Shown: positions 58,841 to 64,000 of the stretch, piece by piece | Layout: each line of letters opens with the position of its first letter | Numbering within the stretch: the first letter of the stretch is position 1 | NCBI GenBank assembly: GCA_965644265.1 | Contig: OZ286465.1 | Location: forward strand, 60,326,001 to 60,390,000 | Direction of reading: 5' to 3' | Origin: Glycera tridactyla | Taxonomy: Eukaryota | Length of the DNA stretch: 64,000 nt | The notes under the pieces: generated by a model | What the model saw: only the letters and a program-made list of their open reading frames with translations | What the model was told of the DNA's origin: nothing | Database searches by the model: none | Position numbers and translations under genes: made by a program

Positions 58841-61809
58841 TTCCTCAGTGTGGCGCACAAAGCCCTAGGGCTTGTGCTGCTTCCCCCACCCTTAGATTTA
58901 GGGAAAGTCACTTTGAACTCTGTAGGAGAAGTCTTATCTTGAGAGCCTTGCTTCTGGGATGAGCCTTTACCACGGCCCTTTCCCCGACTACCTCGACCCT
59001 TCCCCCTAGATTTGGAAGATTTGGACGATCTCTGAGAAGACTTGGACTGATTTGTAGAGGATCTATCCGGTTTCGGTTCGAAATCATGTTCCAACTCCCG
59101 TGCCCTCCTTCCTACTTTGCCTGCTCTAAAAGAGGCCTCATCAAGCTTGCCGCCAAATAGAAAGGGTTGTCCGAGCGGCAACACGCAAAGCTTGGCCTTC
59201 GTCTCCTCATCGAAGTTGATTGTTTTCAAAGCAGTGGTATGGCGCGCCAGCTCCATATTACCCTCTACCTTGAGAACCATCAGGGCCACATGTTCCAAAG
59301 CCAAGAGACCAATGCCTATGGCCTCCCGCGCCTTGGTTTTGACATCCGGGATATGACTGTCAGTTAAGTCTGCCGCTCCCAAACCTGCGGCTAACGATAT
59401 ATCAGTGTAGCTGAGCATTTTCAACACCTCCCTCAGTGTCACCTCATCATTACTGGGCTTAAGATCCGCCTTAGAGGCCTTTCCGTACTGGGCATAGTCC
59501 CCATCAACCTTAGGCATTTCCACCAGATAGCCCTCAGGTTTGTGAGGGTTCTTCCTAATAGCATAAGAACGCGGGTTACACCCGTAAACCTTAGACTGAT
59601 TACATTTGGAATAACGAGCATTGGCCTCAAACATACCACCCTGACAAATCACGAAATCCTTAAACGGGACAGACGCAGCCTGCACAGGATCTTCTTTCTC
59701 CAAACCCTGCAGACTTCTATCCAACACCTCTTGGGCATTGATCAGCAGTGAGGACAAGGGTAGCGCTGACTCTACCATCCTTGATACTTCCCTATCATGT
59801 CTGCCCTCATCTTGAGGAATGTTCACATTCCTCCTAACAACACTCCAATTCGGTATATCAGCAGGTTGAGGTAAGAGAACGTCAGAGGGCAGGGCTTCCA
59901 CAGCAAACTTACGAAACGTTCTAAGACGCTTCGTCACCATAGGATGTTCATCATTATCGGAATCTTCCCCCAAAACATCCCTATTTCTCAACTGCTCGTC
60001 TCTTCTGTCAGCTCTAGCGACCAGCTCATTGATGCGTTCCTGCATTGCTCTCATTTTAGCATTCTGCTGAACATCTTCTGGCCTCCTGAACTCCTGCCAT
60101 TCCCCCGACTCATTTCTACGTGGTCCCATAACTTCCTCCTGGTCTGGGGCAGCCGCTGTGTGAGGAACATTAGAACGTCCCCCAGAACTGTCCCCATGGG
60201 AGGACCCTGTACTACTCACTGGAATTGGAGGGTCAACCATACTCTCCACACTACTCACTGAATCTGGAGAATCAGGAGCAGAAGAAGGACGAGAAGGCTC
60301 TCTACTGGACTGAACTCCTGTGGCCAGATCATGCATCATGAGCCTAATATCACCCAAACGGTCTTCCAACATTTTGCGCTGACTAGCCATTCTCTCAAGC
60401 TTAAGGTCCAGGCTGGACTTTGGGGAATCTGAGCCAAACACCGCTGGGTCCAGACGTTTCACAAACACTTGACCACTATCCTGAACCGAAGACTTTGACT
60501 GTCTAACTTTTTTAAGCAAATATTTCTCACTAGACACAAGTTTAGACCGGGCTGATAGAGAATGCTCTCTATCTAAGGATGAAGGCATCTTCTTGCGTTT
60601 AGCCTCCACACCTACACTACTGTCATCTCTTTTCCTGCGAACTGCACCAGTACGCGTGTCCTGTCGGACAGTACCTCTCACCCGAGACACATTCAAGTTA
60701 GACAACAGTTCATGTTCTGCCTGGCTACCAGAAGACCGGATACTCTGTTTAACACCGAGGGTCTTATCCTGAGTTGTTCGGCCATCGGATCGGTCACCGG
60801 ACAGCCCACCGGACCAGTCACCAGACAGTCCACCTGACCGGTCACCAGACCGTCCACCGGACCGCTCATCAGACCGCTCACCAGAAGGTCCACCGGACCG
60901 GTCATCAGATAGACCACTGGACCGACCACCGGACCGACCACCGGACCGTCCACCAGACCGGTCACCGGACAGACCACCGGACCAATCACCAGACCAGTCA
61001 CCGGACAGACCACCGGACCGTCCACCGGACCGTCCACCGGACAGACCTCCAGACCGTTCACCGGATCGCCCACCGGACTGGTCACCGGACCGACCACCGT
61101 ATCGTTCACCGGACCGCCCACCGGACCGGTCACCGGACAGTCCACCGGATCGTTGACCAGACCGGTCACCGGACCGGTCACCGGACAGTCCACTGGACCG
61201 TTCACCGGACCGGTCACCGGACAGTCCACCAGACCGGTCACCAGACAGTCCACCAGACCGGACACCAGACTGGACACCGGACCGGACAACAAGATCTGAT
61301 TTCTGTGCACCGATCGACCCGCTACCAGACGGGACCACCGGACAAGGAGTATGCTGCTCTGTCTCTCTGTCCCCAAACCGGACGGAATCGCATTCCCCAG
61401 AGCACACACTGTACGAGTCAATATGAGTATTTGGCTGAATTTCAGTATCACATCCAGCCTCTCCGGACAAGTCATTAGAGTCTTGCCTGTCTCTCACAAA
61501 TGTAGTATTCCCAGGGGAAACCACTTCTACTCCCATCCTAGGAGAAAGAGAGACACCGGACACCGAGCGATCCTTGCTCACCGGACCAGACTCATCACCG
61601 GACACGTCCGACTCCGGACACACCAGGGCCTCATCCACTGACTCCTCACACACTTGTTGATCAACAGATTGCCTAGAACAAGGCCAAGGAGGCTTTTGCA
61701 AGGGAGAAATCACTTTAAATCTTTTCTTAGAGCTAGATTTTGGACTTTGTTTAGTCGATTTCCTACTCCTAGTGAAAGTTGATGTGATCTCTTTTGACGC
61801 CTCACTCAC
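58258..61809 (-). CDS. 1183-aa ORF: DIRS gag-like protein read in frame into RT
   Basis: ORF track. Ser/Gly/Arg repeat, coiled-coil-like segments and an RG-rich gag end run without a stop into RT motifs. A frameshifted Cys/His N-terminus (DDHTKCPSC..CPVCAEWS) lies at about 62050-62180. Confidence 0.8.
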   Translation of the reverse strand: MSEASKEITSTFTRSRKSTKQSPKSSSKKRFKVISPLQKPPWPCSRQSVDQQVCEESVDEALVCPESDVSGDESGPVSKDRSVSGVSLSPRMGVEVVSPGNTTFVRDRQDSNDLSGEAGCDTEIQPNTHIDSYSVCSGECDSVRFGDRETEQHTPCPVVPSGSGSIGAQKSDLVVRSGVQSGVRSGGLSGDRSGGLSGDRSGERSSGLSGDRSGDRSGQRSGGLSGDRSGGRSGERYGGRSGDQSGGRSGERSGGLSGGRSGGRSGGLSGDWSGDWSGGLSGDRSGGRSGGRSGGRSSGLSDDRSGGPSGERSDERSGGRSGDRSGGLSGDWSGGLSGDRSDGRTTQDKTLGVKQSIRSSGSQAEHELLSNLNVSRVRGTVRQDTRTGAVRRKRDDSSVGVEAKRKKMPSSLDREHSLSARSKLVSSEKYLLKKVRQSKSSVQDSGQVFVKRLDPAVFGSDSPKSSLDLKLERMASQRKMLEDRLGDIRLMMHDLATGVQSSREPSRPSSAPDSPDSVSSVESMVDPPIPVSSTGSSHGDSSGGRSNVPHTAAAPDQEEVMGPRRNESGEWQEFRRPEDVQQNAKMRAMQERINELVARADRRDEQLRNRDVLGEDSDNDEHPMVTKRLRTFRKFAVEALPSDVLLPQPADIPNWSVVRRNVNIPQDEGRHDREVSRMVESALPLSSLLINAQEVLDRSLQGLEKEDPVQAASVPFKDFVICQGGMFEANARYSKCNQSKVYGCNPRSYAIRKNPHKPEGYLVEMPKVDGDYAQYGKASKADLKPSNDEVTLREVLKMLSYTDISLAAGLGAADLTDSHIPDVKTKAREAIGIGLLALEHVALMVLKVEGNMELARHTTALKTINFDEETKAKLCVLPLGQPFLFGGKLDEASFRAGKVGRRARELEHDFEPKPDRSSTNQSKSSQRSSKSSKSRGKGRGSRGKGRGKGSSQKQGSQDKTSPTEFKVTFPKSKGGGSSTSPRALCATLRKLQIVGARLLQFLPAWKDLTSNRFVLDIVGMGLTLSFQEQPPLSKTFLPFTHPKGQQKREALLSEIRSMVDKHAVVPVDLSDQGGFYCNLFLVAKATGGFRPVINLKPLNAYVYNQKFMMETAASVVKSVAMNDWTVSIDLKDAYFRFPMHPRYQKYLRFAVSPKEAYQFRALPFGLNTAPRVFTMVLREVAHH
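60778..61285 (-). repeat. Coding minisatellite in gag, 12-bp unit, about 42 copies (SGGR/SGDR/SGGL)
   Basis: Repeating accggaccgtcc/accggaccggtc units keep the frame open. Confidence 0.95.
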
Positions 61810-62519
61810 AGATTCTGCTTCAACATTTTGAACAACTTAGGACGCAATGAAAATTGTTTCTCCCAACTCTTAGAAGTCACTGACACCGACCCATCATCCA
61901 AACGGGGACAACGGACTGGAGAGCAAATCTTAGGGGCTTTCATTGTAGTTTCAGTCTGACCTGATTTAAGGGAAGATTGTGACACCACTGACGCCACCCT
62001 AACCACCCCCAGGGTCAGAAGCTCGTTTCTTTCCTTTCTTTGAAACAGAAGTCCTACGGCTATAATGACGAATCCGCAATTTTGGTGACCATTCTGCACA
62101 AACTGGGCAAACGGTCTCTCCTATCACACTAGGATTGGTGGTCTGCATGACGGACACTTAGTGTGATCATCCCAGATTACCATAAAGTGGCAACACCCCC
62201 CCCCCCCGTTTTTGTGACAAAGTCGACATAACCGACACTACCCGTAATCACGCCTAAGCGTAACTCGTGTTATCTCTAATATGACACAATAACACGCAAC
62301 AATACACAGAGATATGAAAATCACAAGCGTCGCAAGAACGCTATTTTAAACGGGTACGGGTCGGCACCACGCAACGCGTGGTCAACAAACACAACATTCA
62401 AGTTCGCAATAACTTCAAGGTAAACAAACAATGTGCGTCGTGTGCGGACAAACAACGCACATTCAATAAACTTCACCTCAAAGCCGTAGGCACTAGAAAA
62501 ACCTTCCAATATGGCGAAC

Positions 62520-62691
62520 TTGAAAAATACGGTGATATTTGGGGAATACGGAAGCCACGCAGTGGCGGAAGCCACCTAGCGTGAGGTGACGGCGTGAGGG
62601 TTTCACTTCATGAATTTTTATTCATGTTGTTGTAATGTTCGCACGTAGGCCTATCTGCCCGGGGAATGCTAAATTTGAGGGAGAAATGGTA
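62520..62691. repeat. DIRS 5' ITR
   Basis: Reverse complement of 55668-55839; followed by the terminal extension cagatagatc to 62701. Confidence 0.95.
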
Positions 62692-63394
62692 CAGATAGAT
62701 CGAGATGATCAATCAGTGGAATGTATTTGATTGCCCAATTGCCCATGTGCTCATTTTCCAACATGAATAGAATTGGTTGGACACACCCGACTAGCTACAG
62801 GTACCACACAGTCAATTTCACACTTATATAATGACCATGACAGCGTTCAGACATTGACAATTCCGCAAAGAATAGATTTGAACATGATAGCATAAGATCA
62901 TTCGGAAGCAAATTCTCCAAAACCAATGAGATGCACATAGCCTTAATCTCACTAGGTTTTTAGTGACATTTGGATCATCGTAAAGTGACTGTAGACGAAA
63001 CCGATTGAATGAGTTCCAGGTTGTAGCAGGGATATACATAGAGTGATGTATTATCGAAATTACAAACTCTCAATGTACCTGAATATAAGTTTGAGTCAGG
63101 GAAATATGAGATGTGTAACGGATATTTCATCAAGAATTGCACTCAGTAAGAGGTCCTATCCATTGTCGGAGTTGTGCCAGAGGAAATAGACATGAAAGGG
63201 ACATGATTTCTTCGAAAACTCGACTGATATCAATATGCTTTAGTCACAAGCAGATACATTCAGGGTATCTGACTTGGAGATGGAGGCAGGGAGTTTTGCC
63301 ATCTATATCCTCTCCAAGTTTGCTGCCTTGGACTTTGCCATGGACTCCATCCATCGAGCTAGCTCTCTTTGATGAATGTAAAAGATATCATTAG

Positions 63395-64000
63395 AAGCTG
63401 TTTTAGGAACATTTAGGAGGCTTTTTTAGGAGTCATTGTCCATGCTTGCTCCACTGGCCATTTTAGTATCATGCCATTTCATGTCATCGGATCTTCCATT
63501 CTTTGTTTTGAATGCACTGATTTTCGAGCATACATGGTCTAAAATTCTTGGATGATTTTTGATGCTAGAATTTTTGCTCCATAGATGCCGTTTAAATCCA
63601 AAATTTTGGCTGATAATTTTTATTATTTTTGGCAGTCCTAGTTGTTTCCTTAAATTCCCTGTGCTGTTCCGGTGAATGTGAAACAATGTGGAACCAGTGG
63701 AAGTGTGTGGAACTAGGCCATGTTCCGCCAGTATTGTTCCCAGTAGAGTACGCCAGTATGGGTGGAACAGGGCTAAACAGGAGTTGGTATAAAATGTATT
63801 TTGTGCTTGGACTCACTGAATTTGCCGGGTGAGAGAAGCTGTCTGTATAAACTGCTTAGACATCTCAATATAACACCTATGTATCAGATTCAAATTGTTG
63901 AATATCATCCTGAGTTACAGTGTGAAGGAATTATTTGAATCATTAAAAATTCAATTATCTACACTGGTAATTCCAATAGGGATACATATGTGAAAGAAAT
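63395..64000 (-). repeat. Interspersed repeat, inverted homolog of 34100-34725 (runs off the window end)
   Basis: Reverse complement aligns block by block with 34100-34725. Confidence 0.85.

Larger units (their letters stand above)
55616..62701 (-). mobile_element. Full-length DIRS1-type tyrosine-recombinase retrotransposon (inactivated), about 7.1 kb
   Basis: gag, RT, RNase H, MT-like and YR domains in order on the minus strand; 172-bp ITRs; ICR near the 3' end that matches both termini. Confidence 0.95.

Noticed and set aside
60693-61478. 260-aa and 234-aa alternative-frame ORFs
   Set aside because: By-products of the stop-free 12-bp repeat in gag.

Overview
This is eukaryotic, repeat-rich invertebrate genomic DNA with GT-AG introns, SINE, LINE and DNA-transposon debris, and ten N-runs. 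There are no rRNA, tRNA or CRISPR features. Host genes, both on the minus strand: (1) a frame-consistent five-exon gene at 35933-43185 for a 352-aa secreted protein (signal peptide, CUB, Sushi/CCP, and an unrecognised 10-Cys C-terminal domain); (2) the 3' six exons of a clan-2 cytochrome P450 at 13499-21529, with three frameshifts, probably a pseudogene. The main mobile element is a full-length but inactivated DIRS1-type tyrosine-recombinase retrotransposon at 55616-62701. It has 172-bp ITRs, an internal complementary region (ICR) that reproduces the circle junction, gag in frame with RT, about 670 codons of dual-coding overlap, and a recombinase broken by a deletion filled with templated patchwork DNA. 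Also present are several CR1/L2-type LINE copies, a probable 2.3-kb solo LTR, three MITE types, 46-, 65- and 72-bp tandem arrays and degenerate coding relics. All family assignments come from motif recognition by eye; no database searches were run.
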